64,000 bases of DNA from the NCBI GenBank assembly GCA_046563655.1, contig CM102286.1:3472001-3536000 (forward strand), in the 5' to 3' direction. The notes under the pieces are model-generated. The model had not been told where the DNA came from. It worked only from the letters and a program-made list of their open reading frames with translations, and did no database searches. Made by a program: the position numbers and the translations under genes. The DNA comes from Yuukianura sp. NJ FZ-2021. Taxonomy: Eukaryota. Numbering within the stretch: position 1 is the stretch's first letter; each line of letters starts with the position of its first letter. This document shows, piece by piece, positions 47,601 to 60,684 of the stretch.

Positions 47601-50600
47601 TGCCATTGAAGTGGACAACCATCTGAATAACGGGGAGCACGCGGTTTTCCCACCGACGGCACCAGACGAGTCAAACGAGTTCAATGAAACTGTTATTCCA
47701 GATTCGTTTGTTAGACTGTCGCCAATACCTGCTGATGTACTTTCCACTTCTAAAAGACGACGGAAAGGAAAGAGAATCATAAGGAGAAAGATTGTGAAGA
47801 GAAAGAAACGACGAGAAGAGAAAATACCCAGCGAAGAACCGAATAACTCGAATTCAGTTCCTTCTGATCCTAACCTTGCCGCAACTACAAGCTCTTCCGT
47901 ATCAACGACGGCAATAGACTCTAACTCTCCGTCTTCAAGCCTTGCCGCGACGGTAATACTGAAAGAATGCACAGTTCGTTTGACTCGGCTCAAGCCAGAA
48001 GAATTTCCTTCATCTAGCGTCCCGAGTACAACTAGCGCCAGCACATCAACTGAAACTTTAGAAATAGGAACGTCGCCGAATGATCTGAAGAATGGCAAGA
48101 CAAAACCAAAGCAGAAGAATCGAAGTCCAAGAGGGGATTTTCATGACTACTATGAAGAAACTGAACCGTCGTCAGGAGGTGACAGTGATGCCGATGCCTT
48201 GTCTGAGTACGTTCCTTCGGATGACGAAGCTGCTTATTCTTCTGATGACCAATCGAAGCGTGCATCGGTACTGCTAAGCCCGTCCGTTATGAAAAGGACC
48301 GCCACAAACAATGTAGTAGTGAACTGGCCAACTGCAAATCCTGCAATTGTCAAAAGACCCGGGACAAATTCGTCAGTTGTGAGACGACTAGCTCCAAAAC
48401 CTTCAGTTACGAAAAAAGCTGTTCCATACCACCGTCCTTCAGTCGTCAGAAAGCCCATTCCAAACTTACGCATTCCGAAACCAAAAAATGATGACTCGGA
48501 GATATGGGCAAATCCAGTTGGAACCACCCAACCTACTCTTCATCCGTTTCCTGAAGTATACCGTATCATTGGTCACGAAACTTTGGCGAAGAACGTGACG
48601 GAGAAGGACGTGGTGGAAACAATTGATTTGGTTTCATCTGATGACGAAGGCGATGAATCCAGTTCCCAGTCGAATTGTGTTCTTCCCGATGATGGTGACA
48701 ACGACGCTGTGAGTGAAAACGAAATGGAAGTGGAAGAACCGAAAATAGGAGCATATGAAGTTGAAGTCAATTTGGATCCGACATTTATTTTGGGCGAAGA
48801 TGAAGAAGATCGTCTAGACTCCACTTTCTGTTTCGGTCCAGATCAAGTCTTGTATTTCACACAAAATACTGCGAGACAAGGTCGAAAACAATCTTTCCCG
48901 AATGCAACGATTGAGATACTTCAAGTCACAAATGAGGAACAACAGGAAGAAGATTTACAAAACTGTGTAAGCAATGGGAATCTGACTGCTAGGAATCCAT
49001 GGAGCCGTAAACAGTCGCTGGGTTCTGGTAACCCGAGTCCCGTTTCACTGCCCGTTCAGATTCTGGGGGAAATCATCAATGGAACGGAATTTGTGCCGTT
49101 TTCGGGAGACGAACTAATTTTACCGGATTTGGCTGGTGAGGTGAATGCATTACTCTAAACTTCCTTAGTATTAGAATCAATGTTGTATATATAAAAAAAT
49201 ATAGTTTCAACTTGTTTTAGACAGTGATAACTCCGAGAAGGATGCGATTCTAGAAGGGACAATGCAAAATTCCTGTGACGATGGCGAAGGAAAGACCCAG
49301 CGTGAAGGTGGGGATGTAGAAGCTGAAAAACTAGAAGCAGGCAAGATTGACCTTGGAAATGGAAGTCATTCAAATGATGGCCAATTAGGAACGGAACACA
49401 GTTCGGCAGCGAACCTCGAAATGTTACGCGACGGTACAGAATCTAACCATGACTGTAGGACCGCGACCGAAAAAATCGAAACTCCATTTGATGTGGGACA
49501 ATTCAACACTGGCTGTACCACTCCCGATACCTCCCGATACCCCGATACATGTGATGTCGCAAAATCCAAAGCTGAGTCTACCACTGCCGATTTTGGAAGC
49601 TCATTCGATGTGGCAGGATCAAGTACTCACTATACCATCTCCAATGTCGGCACTTCATGTGATGTTTCACAACCTAACACTGACGGTTCCATTGATGATA
49701 CCGTAACTCCTTGTGATCCCACAACAGAACCTACCATTGACTGTACCTCTCCGGATTCAAAAATCTCATCAGATGCCAAAAAATGTAACGCTCACTATTG
49801 CAGCCCAGAAAGAGAAGCTCCATTTGATATCACAGAGCCAAGCGTTGGTTGTTCCATCTCCGATACGGAAACTCCATTTGACATCACAGAATGTTCACCC
49901 GCCGATGCAGAAACGCCATTTGATATCGCAGAACTAAAGATTGACTGTTCCACTGGCAATACCAGAGCTTCATTGGACACCGCAGAATCAAACATTGTCT
50001 GTTCCTCCTCCGATCCGGAAACTTCATGCGATTCCACAACAGAATCTAATATTACCTGTTCCTCTAATGATTACGGAACTCCATGCGATGGTCTCCTACT
50101 CGCCCGGTATGTGGCCATATATCGCTTTCATATTTTTTTTTCTATGACCAATTACTATCATAATATTATAGTAGTAATTAAGATAGGCCGGAAAATTAAG
50201 ATAAATCTTTTTTGGGACTTTAAAATCCTTAAAAACTTTGAAAAATCTTTTAGAAATTAAGATCCATCTTTTTCTACCAATTTTTCTAAATTTTGCAAGA
50301 TTTTGACAGCCGAAAATCTTTTCTTCTGCTAGAATTTTTCCACCGTCTGAGGAATCTCAGTTCCCGCTTACGTTTGATGCGTGAAATGGTGTGTTCTGAA
50401 GGTTTTTTGTTCTAAAAACTTCATTTTTGCTAATTCTTTTTGCAAAAGTGCAAAATGTGACTATGGAAAACTTCGCAATATCCATTGTGTCACATTTTGA
50501 ACTTGTTACATCAAATGATGAATTGATTAAATTTCAAGATTTTTGTAGTTTTTTAGAATTTTTTTTTGAGATTTTTTGGCTTATTTTCTTAGAGATTTTA

Positions 50601-51419
50601 AAGTTCTTAAAACGGCTTTGTTTTTGGAACTTTCTTTTCCGGCCTTGCTAATTAACCATCACCCAACTTAAGACCTTTAGACTTTATCGCGTACGGGAAA
50701 TTTCATCCAGGGCACAGTTAGCATGACTCAAAAGTTCCTGCAAGCTATGGCTAAACCTAAAGCTAAATCATGGTCAAAATAAAGTTCGTACTAATTCGCT
50801 TTTTTGTTTCTCCAGTAGGCTTACTCAAGCCCTAGATTCGGATCTTCTGGAGACTCTAAGTCCAGAGGCTTGTGAAGATTTTCCGAAGTGTCGACCCGTG
50901 GTAGGATCCAGGCGCATTTGTATAGTAAAATTAGTCTACAAAAACACAGGCGAAACAACCGACCATGGGGAACATACCACTATGGCACCAAGTGACATTG
51001 GAGGGATTTGTGTCAACAGGAACACTGACGAACCAACCCACAATGGAGAACGATGCAGCACGGTCCCGAGCGACATTGGAGAGACTTGTGTCAACGAGAA
51101 TACAGACAAACCAACCGACGATGAAGAGCAATCCAGTAAGGCGTCAGGTGACATTGGAGAGACATGCGTCACGTCAAAGTTAAGTCGCAAGATTGACTGG
51201 AGGGAGTTATATTTACTCACACCGACGGAACAACGAATAGGATTGAGATTGCGCAGAAGGAAGACACAAACTGATGATGAGCACGAAGACGAGCAGCCCA
51301 TGCCAAAACTGTTTCGATTCGATTCCAGTACGGATTTATTTGAGTTTGATGCTTCACTGGAGTCAGAACTTGATAGTCCTCCGCCCGTGCTCCCATGCTA
51401 CTCAAATATCCATGATTAA
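41624..51419 (+). CDS. Very large protein (over 2,000 aa) with a helical N-terminus resembling the ZNF292/RLF/ZNF654 N-terminal region and a long disordered C-terminus
   Basis: Exons join in frame from MSADTDTS (41624) through 43202-45015, 46818-49135, about 49221-50106 and about 50816-51419 (checked junctions: GG|G AAT, G|AC, CG|G). SPWTKPTVQAI, EEGWMLIQSRLETL and IRLTAFSLNPT recall that family. Basic NLS-like tracts are present and no C2H2 fingers were seen. Confidence 0.6.
45119..45908 (+). mobile_element. Helentron-associated (DINE-1/HINE-like) non-autonomous element, copy A
   Basis: It starts with the hairpin TTATTAAATAGC-GAAA-GCTATTT followed by a GTCT microsatellite. An internal AAAAGTTGTT..AACAACTTTT stem is present. 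The 3' end is GCTACTTACGTATGCCGTTTACAATGGTTT. Confidence 0.7.
45909..46777 (+). mobile_element. Helentron-associated (DINE-1/HINE-like) non-autonomous element, copy B, with G/C-run array
   Basis: It has the same 5' hairpin TTATTAAATAGCGAAAGCTATTTAATAA plus (GTCT)n(GTCC)n and the same internal stem. The 3' end is GCTATTTCGTTATGTGCGGTTTACAACCGGTTT. G-run/C-run repeats lie at 46350-46725. Confidence 0.7.
49480..50090 (+). repeat. Degenerate coding tandem repeat of about 21 aa (ETPFDI/TPCD type)
   Basis: ETPFDV, DTCDV, GSSFDV, GTSCDV, VTPCDP, EAPFDI, ETPFDI (x2), ETSCDS and GTPCDG recur at roughly 63-nt spacing. Confidence 0.75.
50174..50655. mobile_element. Degenerate MITE-like element in last intron of the large gene
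   Basis: AGGCCGGAAAA (50185-50195) is inverted at TTTTCCGGCCT (50635-50645). Further inverted matches are TAATTA outside and ACTTTAAAATC inside. Confidence 0.5.
50940..51172 (+). repeat. Three 78-bp (26-aa) coding tandem repeats
   Basis: NTGETTDHGEHTTMAPSDIGGICVNR / NTDEPTHNGERCSTVPSDIGETCVNE / NTDKPTDDEEQSSKASGDIGETCV. Confidence 0.85.
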
Positions 51420-52447
51420 TGGTGCCTAATGCTTCTTCCTTTGTTTCATGAGATGTTTATAGAATGATAGTACACGAGAAGTTTATGCTAGACGAATTAC
51501 ATTACAAAGTTTGTACACCAATGTAACAATTTAACCACGCTTTCTTTTGAAAATTAAGCAAACCAGAACAGAACTGCCGCTTAGAATTAAATTTAGTAAG
51601 AGGGGTGTTAAACTGACAAACGAAATGGGCAAGGTACGCAAATGAACTTCACGATTTTTGTAAATTATACCAATGAACTTATAGTTACTTAATTTCTGTT
51701 AATGTAGCTGAGCATCAATGTTTTCATCATGTTTTCTACAAACTATGAATTTGTTACTGTAATAGTTGATGGTTAGTCATATATTTTAGGTAAGAATAAA
51801 TACCTTCCAAGCCTTCTTATAACTATTTACGTAAGAAATATAATATCATTTCATTCCTTTAAAAATCAAACTTTCTCAAAATTGCAGTAAAGAAATCATC
51901 CACGCTACTTCTGTGTGCATTGTTTCAGAAACTATTATTCATAAAGTATCAAAATTTTGAGTTTTGCTTTCAGTCAGCTCAAACAATAAAAATTGGCTTT
52001 TGCAAAAGGTAACCAGTTTAGTAATTTCAAATTTACAGTTTGTGTAATTCACTCCAATGCTGTTTCAGTTACTTGGTAAATACGTGGCTGTGGAAATGTC
52101 CTAATATCTAGTGAAGTTTAGTATATCAAGAAGTTTGGCTTTCATAAGTACATTAAACTTTAACTTAAGAAATCAAATTCTAGGAAACAGCGTATGATCT
52201 AAACAGCTAGTATAGAAATGTTACCGTTAAAGCTCAGCAAACATTTGATGTTTGTTTAAGAAATTTTTGAAGGCATTTACGGTTAGTTATAGAGGAAATT
52301 CGGAAATTCAATTTCCCAAAATCCTTTAAAAATCTTTACCTCAAAATTCACTTTCACTTTGAAATCAAACGAAACCGCAAACGTTGTGCAAAAAACTTCC
52401 AATCTTCAATTGCATTTACTGTCTAAAAGATTTTTTTTTAACGCAAA

Positions 52448-53953
52448 ATGTTGTCTAAAGCTGCAATCAACGCTTTTAGCTTGTGGATGACGCTTAGCAT
52501 CAAACTCAAGTCGTCTCCATTTATATGGAACAAAGAGACGCTGACGTTGAAAACTGATGACAGTCGAACCACAAAAGCGCTTTTTACGTTTTCAACAATT
52601 TTTACTGTATTTCACGCCTGTTTTGTCACATTGCGAAGTTTGAAGTCTATTATTTTTGATGGAATTTCTCCTGTGACCTTTATTCTACAGTTGACCTTGA
52701 TATTTCAGTGTCTCTTAGCAGTAGTCATACAGCTCAATACCTACTTTCGAAGAGACGAACTGGCAGAATTCATGACAATGGTTTTGCATATTGAGCAGCG
52801 ATTGACCCGTAAGTAAACTTTTTACAACCAATTCCAAAGTTTTTGAAAAAAAAAATGCTTATTTAATTTGTATTAAAATTATTCTTATTAAAATTTCAGA
52901 GTTATTTCAAAAAAGAAAAATAAAGGACGCTTGTGGACCATTTCTTTGGATCCTGTCTGCATTTAACTTTGTGCAAATATTTGGAATAGCATTTGTGTTT
53001 TTGACACGCCCTACGAACCAAGTATTTTACTTTTCTCTGACGTTTTTGAAACGCAAAAGTATTTGGAAGTACTTTTTTGCTCCACTGGAAGTATTTCCAT
53101 ATGTAGTCTGCAGGCTAAATGTTCTACCTTACTCGGGTACCGCCATCATGTTTGTGGCAAGTACAAACTTCTGGCTACAAGAAATGCAGTAAGTTCAAAC
53201 GTTTCGTGTTTTTCTTTTCAATATTGCAAATTTTCTTTGCAATTTTGAAACTTTCAAACCATTTTCAGATTAAACCCAAGCAATATCCCGTCTGCTACGT
53301 CACCTTCTCTCCGTTCTATTCCGAACGTGCTACTGGTATACCGAAATTTGCAGTTGATGATGAACCGGTTCAATTCAATGGTCAACTTCAGTGCTATGCA
53401 AGGTCAGAAGATTCTAAATCTGTTAATGGCAATGGGTGGATTCTACGGCACAGTTGCCTTCTACAATCGACTGCCATTGGAAGCCTACATGACGTTTCCG
53501 TTGGTAACATTCGCAAGTTTTATGTTTGCCAGAATTGTCTACCCGTATGGCTATATTCTTAATGAAAGTGCAGCAGAGTTCAGAAAGTCATGGAATCTTG
53601 GAAGTACTGACATCAGTTCAGTGTTAACCAAAGAGCCTAGTTGTGATTTGCAAGTTATCGTTGACCGGTCTAAAACAAAAGACGATGAAATGTCAAAGGC
53701 CATTCAATTTCCGGCAGTTCGGGAGCAACAGACGCTTCTTGAGCGGCCGATGGACCGATTTGTCAAACAGGAAATCTCTAGAAGACGCAAAGTGAAATAT
53801 TTGCTGAAGCATCTCCGTTCCTGTCGTGACCTCAAATGTCAAATGGGCATTTTTTATTATTTCGAAAAATCTACTGTAGTTACGTTCATGTACACAGCAG
53901 TTGATTATGCAATTATGCTTATACTGTCGGTTGATGATTACGGCTTTCACTAG
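52448..53953 (+). CDS. Divergent gustatory/odorant-receptor-like multi-pass membrane protein
   Basis: Three exons encode multiple hydrophobic helices. The N-terminus has PFIWN and the C-terminus reads LRSCRDLKCQMGIFYYFEKSTVVTFMYTAVDYAIMLIL, resembling the terminal helix region of arthropod GR-superfamily receptors. Confidence 0.65.
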
Positions 53954-54204
53954 TTTTGGAAAAAATAGTCCCAATTTAGACACCTTTGATTTGAGAAATT
54001 TTGACTTTTAATTTTCCAAAAAATTGTGTCAATAAAGTAATGTCGGTGGAACTAATGCCGAACTAATCTGCCGAAGCTATCAATACTGAAACTCCAAACG
54101 TTTGAGGGTTTCGAAAATAGTTGCATTTTCAAAGTTGTTAATTTAATGAAAGCTTAATTCCGTTGAAACAACACTCCGATTAGCTTTAACTAAATTGAGG
54201 CTGC

Positions 54205-55847
54205 CTATTTGACCGGTATCTGCATTCCCATCATCACTTTTTCAATAGATTTTAGCAACTGGGTCATGTCCGATGGAAATAAGTGTCCAATGTTGCCAAT
54301 CCGAAAACAGTCAGCTTTAGTAACTTTGCCGGGATAGATTACCTGTCCTGCATTGAAAAAAGTGTTTGAGTAATACTTTGTTGCAATAAAATCATAAATT
54401 CTAGAAAAAAAAATCAAACCTTCTTTGCTTAGACGATCATAAAAGTCCTCAAAATTGAAATTGGAATGACTGTGGTACTTGAACGAAGTAATAATATGGC
54501 CATCAAATTCGTCTGAAATAAATCGCTTAAATCCAAGACTTGTCATTCCATCCTTTACGATTTTGTTGTTCTCCTTGTATCTTCAAAAAAGTTCAGCATT
54601 CAAAAATGAATGTTTCAATTTGTCAAAAATTTGCCAACTAAAAGTGTTTTCAATACCTTCGAGATCTGCCGGCAACACCGCCTTCATCGTCAAGCTCAAG
54701 CAAAGCTTGCCGTAGCGCCAAAATACAATGCGTTGGCGGAGTAAATCTAAATTGTCCTGTACGCTGCATTGATGTCCATTGGTCAAACAAATCTAAACTA
54801 AGGGAGGCACTCCGTCCTGAAATTTTTTCAAAAAAGTCTAAATTATAAAATTCACATTATTTTTAAAAGTTAGTTTACAGTTATTGTGGAATGACCTTGA
54901 CATTGTAGAAGGCTTTCTTTTCGACAAATGACAAATGCGAATCCAGGAACTCCTTGGAGACATTTGTTAGCAGAGCTGATGAGAAAGTCAACCGAAGCAT
55001 AGTCAGCTACTACACCACCGAAGCTACTCATGGCATCCACGATGTAGAAAATTGACGGGTACTTGATCTTTAACTTCTGCCCAATTTCCTCTACATTAGA
55101 AATTACACCGGAGGTTGTTTCACAATGAACAAGAGCTAACGAACTATAATTTCCGGAAGCCAGCATCTCCTCTACGTTCTTGTTCAGTTCAACTGGACGA
55201 TCTTCTGGAAAATTTACTATGTCGTATGGGATTTTGGTCAAATTACAAATTTGGCCCATTCTGACTCCATAAGCTCCAGAAGCAAGAATAAGTACCTGAA
55301 ATAAATCAAATTAAATATTTAGCTAATTATAATATTAATCAATACTTAAAATTCATCCTTCACTTTTTTGCTTCTATCTGAAGTTGTTTGCAGGGTAGCT
55401 TCCACTGCAAAAGTTCCGCTTCCTTGCATCAGAACGCATCCGTGCGTTTCGGTAGTGAATCCTGAAAAACAATACAAAAGATGAACTCGGTGCAATTTTT
55501 GGTGCTAAATGTGCAAATATTTTTCTATACAAAAAATCTAATCGACAGTAGCAACTTTTTTAAAGAGGTTCAAATTGGAAGTACCAGCAATTCCGATAAG
55601 TTTTTCCTGAAGCGCTTGCACTATGCCAATAAACTCTGGGTCACGAGAACCAACGTCCCGATTCATTGCAGCGCGGACGCTGGAACTTACGCTTAGTGGT
55701 CCCGGGGTAAACAATTTCTTGGCTACAAATAAACATCAATCGGTTTAAACTTTAAAAGTTGCACAAATTTATTCAATTTAAGAATTTAGTAAGTTGTGAT
55801 TCAAATTTATTATATTTTGAATGTTTGGACGAACCAGGCTCAGACAT
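54205..55847 (-). CDS. phnW: 2-aminoethylphosphonate-pyruvate transaminase (class V PLP enzyme)
   Basis: [66 protein letters not shown]-lysine motif [30 protein letters not shown] and FRIGNIG are spread over about 7 exons. Confidence 0.93.
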
Positions 55848-57622
55848 TGTCGTAGTCGAGATGATGGAGATAGTCTGCAAAACGAAAATCGAATGAAACA
55901 GATTTTTAGGAAAATCTTTGTTAATAAACTTGCCACTTGAAAAGACTTTTATAGACATAATTTTTTCAATTAATTTTTTTTGTTTAAATACCAAGCGTGT
56001 CGACTTCAACTGACGAAATTACTAAAACTTTCAATGCACGAAATTTTCAATTTACAAGGTCTTACCAATGACTACTTTCTCCGACTAAAACTCATAATGG
56101 ACTAAAGTAACTTTAACAAAATTAAAACTGCTCAAGCAAATGCCGTCTAGTTCAATTGTAATTTAAACAACAACTCAAATTTCCAAAAAGCTCTAAAATG
56201 CCATTCATTAAGTTTATTAGACAAAGGCTATAAAACTCTGTTCTGTCTACGAAAATAAAAGGATATGTCTAATAGCAACATGAAATCGCTCCAGAAGTCC
56301 GTCAAAACATAAAAGTCAAAACCATTGAAACATGAAACCGTTAGACCGCAAATAGGGTCTACAACTCATCAAGTCAATTGGTCAACGAATCGCAGATGCC
56401 ACTGGAGAACACAGAGCCACTACTTTTCTGCTTCAAAATATTAGCATTGCAATTCAAAGAGGGAACTCCGCCTCGATCCTGGGAACCCTTCCACCAGGAA
56501 AAGATTTGGATCAATTATTTTATCTTTAACTATATTTTTAATTGCTCAAATTTGTCTTCAACCTGCCACTGGCAGGTGCATGTTTTTCGTTAAATGTTGA
56601 ATAAATTTTATTACTTATTTTGAATTAAATCTTCTATCACACAGTACTACCCTACAAAAAAAAACTAAATAATTTCGACTCTTTCTACTCTGTACTCTGT
56701 GTATACATGAGTCCGTCCCAAAACCACTTAGCATTTAATCTCACATTAAGTGCTCGTCTTCATTCACTTCATCTTTGTATTGATAGAAGAAGCATTTCCA
56801 AGGACGCTGCTATTCAAAGTGGGTTATCACAACCGACGCTACTTTAGGAACGCTCTTTTAAGATTTTGAAATAAAGTTAGGTTATTGAAGTTATACCTAA
56901 ATTCAGATTTTGAAAAACCGAGCTGAATTGAAACGGGCAATGCAGGGTAAGTGCTGGACTAACAAAATTGTGTCAACTGATCGATTACCGTTACTTGTAA
57001 CACTACTGACCGTTAACGGGGCGTCCTCTGCAGTTTTGGTCCAGATCTGCTAAGAAGATGCGAATGGTGTGGAAGAGTTCATTCACTCCTGCCCGCTTTT
57101 CTGTTTACCTTTTTTCTGTCAATGTTCTAACCGCCCGCCTGCCTGACTCCCTATGTTCTTTCACTTTCCTCCACAATTTCAGAATTTATAACAGTAAATA
57201 CCGGGCATACCGGCAGAAACGGACAACAAGCGGCTGAAACCACGGTGGATACTTCAAAAGGGAGCAACAGAAGGGACGAAGGGAGGGAATTATAGTGGCC
57301 CTGTGGTCTGCAAGCAACACTTTGTTGTGTCTATTTGGTAAAGTTCCCGGAAGGCGCCTTTTGGTAACCCCTCTTCCTGTCATACTCTTGAGAATTGAGA
57401 GTGGCTTTTGTCTAACCGAACTTTTTTTGACCTCATCTGGAATCCATTGACCTCGAATTAGGAGCCACGGATCTCATCAACGGGCTCACTGCTTCTCTCC
57501 AGTCAAATCAGCGGCAACACAAGTATGTAATCTTCGGATTTTTTGATAAGGCTCAAATTTAATAATTTATAATTATTCAGTAAGGTTATACTCATACCAC
57601 GTTTTAATTGCAGGACTGTAAA

Positions 57623-59053
57623 ATGGAGAAGAAGCTCTTACCCTCACCGTCGTGTTCGTCAGCTGAAGAAGCAGTGGGTGACCGGCAGACTAGGATACAG
57701 ATTTATGAAGATGTCGGTTCTTTCACACTGCAAATGGAACAAGAGTCCACGACGATGTGCCATGTATTTAAGGCTTCCAGTTCTCTGGAAAACCAATTAA
57801 CACCTAAGAAGTCCCGGGAAACTACTCCTTCAGGGCTGGAAGCACTACTGTCGGGTCCAATAAAATTGACTGATGTGGACTTACTAACACCGGGCCAGGA
57901 GAACACTGTTCTGGGAAAGGCCATTCAAGGGCTAGGAATAAGCAGTCCTACGACACCTCGCAGTTCTAAGGTGACATTTCTGTCCGTATAACTCATACGA
58001 ATCATAGGAGTTCATATCCTGCTAGATGAATTCGAATGCTACTAACAGTTTTTTTTTCTACTTTTTGATGATTTTAGACTGGCCGGAGTAGAGAAACTGC
58101 TCTTACTCCAGTCAACAGGAAGAAACGCACAAGACAGTGTTCCTTGAGTGAGTCGGAATCCAAGATCGACGACGACGAACCTGGTCTCAAAAAACTTTGT
58201 CCTACCCCGAAAGATGACCAAGACGAATTGCAAGTATTTGATCTCAAACCGAAGTTCTTTCGGTCCCAGTCCGAGTCTGGAGTACCAAGGAACATCAAAC
58301 ATGCCATGGAACAAAGTGAGACACCAAGGCCATATGATTTGTTGAATTATTATCGGCAAACTTGAATTTATTTTCCAGAGGAGAATAATCCGTTGTTGAT
58401 TGGAGACTGCTCTCGGCAATACACTTTGCCAATTGTTACACAAGGACGGCATGATGATCTCAGGGAAATCTCTGCGAAAACTTTATCCGAGTTACTAGAT
58501 GGGAAGTATGATGTCAATTATACCGTGGTTGACTGTCGCTACCCGTACGAGTATGCTGGAGGACATGTCAGAGGAGCTGTCAACCTATTTACTGAGTCCC
58601 AAGTTTATAAAAAGTACTTCGATGAACCGAAACGGACAGATTCTTCGGAACGAGAGATTCTAATATTTCATTGCGAGTTTTCGGTGGAACGAGGGCCACG
58701 AATGTACTTTTACTTTATACAACTTTGCAAATTTTTAACCCAATGCTTGTGTAAACTAATCCATGTGTTTGATAAGGTGTCGTATGATTCGAGACTGGGA
58801 TCGGAATGCCAACATTAGCTGTTTTCCTTCCCTGTTCTATCCAGAAATGTACGTCCTTCATCGTGGTTATAAAGGATTCTATGAAGAGCATCCGTCGTAC
58901 TGCGAACCTTCAAAATACGTCAAGATGGTGGAAGATCCCGAAAAATTGAGAGTATACAAAAGCCAGTGTAAAGCCGAAGCGATTAGGACAAAATCTAAGA
59001 GTGTTCCCAGTAAACTGGGACGACCAGTGTCGATCAAGAAGTTGCTTATGTGA
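57623..59053 (+). CDS. cdc25: Cdc25/string M-phase inducer phosphatase
   Basis: LIGDCSRQYTLP, HDDLREIS, VDCRYPYEYAGGHVRGAVN, active site IFHCEFSVERGP and LFYPEMYVLHRGYKGFY are present over 4 coding exons. Confidence 0.95.
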
Positions 59054-59857
59054 GCGGTGAGGTCACTCAAAGAGAGGTCAAGGGTCATGACAGGATTCAC
59101 TATTCAAGGTTACATTTGTGTGAAGGGTTAACCAAGTTAGACAAAACCAATACAACAACATAAAACGTTAACGAAAACAAAAAAGAATTTTTGAGAACAA
59201 GGACAGTTAGCCCCCAAAACTTTTAATTTTTCCCTGCTTGTCAATTGCCACAACTTTAAATTGCTCCAAGACAAATCATTGTTTTTACGCTTTTTGTTTC
59301 CAATAAGATTAATTCCATAAGATTTGTGTTAGGTTTGATTTACAGATGATAATAGCATGTATGAAATTGTTAATTGTTTTTTAGTTCATCCTTGCTATTT
59401 TGTGTTTTACCTCCATAATCTATCTGTAAGCGGCAAGTTTTCCCCAATCCCAGAAGTTAACACGCGCGGCACGCACTCTGATTTCATCATTTCAACTTAA
59501 ATATGAAATCAAAGTGTTGTGTTGATGATTTTAGTTGTTGCACAATTTTATTATTTAAACTTGCATGAGATAAATTCTTAAAGTGCCAAAAATTCACTCT
59601 CAAATGAACCCAGAAGTTATAGGAATAAGTAGTGAATGGAAAATATGGATAATAAGTTGTCATTAATTCAGCCTGTTTTTTATTTTCTTTGATATACAAA
59701 AACTAATAAAAAATCAAGTTTTTTTTTCGATACTGGAATTTCGATTTTTAACAAAACAGTTGCGTTTAACGAATTCAAAATTATTCAATTTTTTTTATTG
59801 CATTAGATGAAAACTGCATATGGAATCGCGCGGTTGAGATCGGATGTGAAGATTTAT

Positions 59858-60684
59858 TTAACCGTGGTATGCTCCATATCCGTATCCTAAAATTATTTTG
59901 AAAAATGTTAACTTGAAATTCTTAACAATTTCAACATTTAAAAAAGTGCAATTTTTTCTTACCGAGTCCACGGTATCCAAATCCACCGTATCCAAGTCCA
60001 CCATAGTAACCACCATAGTAAGGAGCAGCGTAACCATAGCCAGCTAAATTTGAAATTTTGAAAAAAAAAGTTAGTTTTTTTGGAATCCGGTGTATTTCAG
60101 GTTATGTTTTTACAGTTACCATATCCGAGTCCTCGGCCATATCCCAAGCCATAGCCTCCGTATCCCAATCCTCCATAGCCATAACCGCCATAGCCGTATC
60201 CGAGACCGTAGCCTAAAAATCAATTCAATTCAAAATTTCAGTGATTTTTGAAAAAAAAATGGTTTTTAAATGTGATATTTTTGATTTTCTAGAAACTGCA
60301 ACGTGAACAATTTACAACGTTTTAGGCGTCAAATGAAACTAACAAAAATGGTAAGACGCGTGTAACCATACATATATCCAGAGCCTGCAGTAATCGCATT
60401 ACTTGGTTTCATTTTTTTTTCACTAATTTTAAAAAATTTTCAAAATTTTCAGAAAATTTCGAAAACTGGCGTACCTAGACCACCATATCCAAGACCGCCG
60501 TATCCCAAACCACCATACAGATTTCCTTCGGCAGTTTGAAGATCCTTCTTCTCAGCGACTTCTTCGGCGGCCAAAGCCAGGGCGATGCATGCAAGGAAGA
60601 TTGCCTGATTTCAGAAATAAAATACTAAATTAGTTTTCGAAATTTTGAAACTTTTGTGTTGAATTAGCTTACGATGGTCTTCAT
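59858..60684 (-). CDS. Small secreted Gly/Tyr-rich protein (cuticular/eggshell-like), missed by the ORF track
   Basis: Short exons read MKTI|AIFLACIALALAAEEVAEKKDLQTAEGNLYGGLGYGGLGYGGL|GYGLGYGYGGYGYGGLGYGGYGLGYGRGLGY|AGYGYAAPYYGGYYGGLGYGGFGYRGL|GYGYGAYHG*. Confidence 0.88.

Noticed and set aside
49480..51172. Regularly spaced repeats as a CRISPR-like array
   Set aside because: They are degenerate in-frame coding repeats in a eukaryotic exon, with no constant repeat and unique spacer structure.
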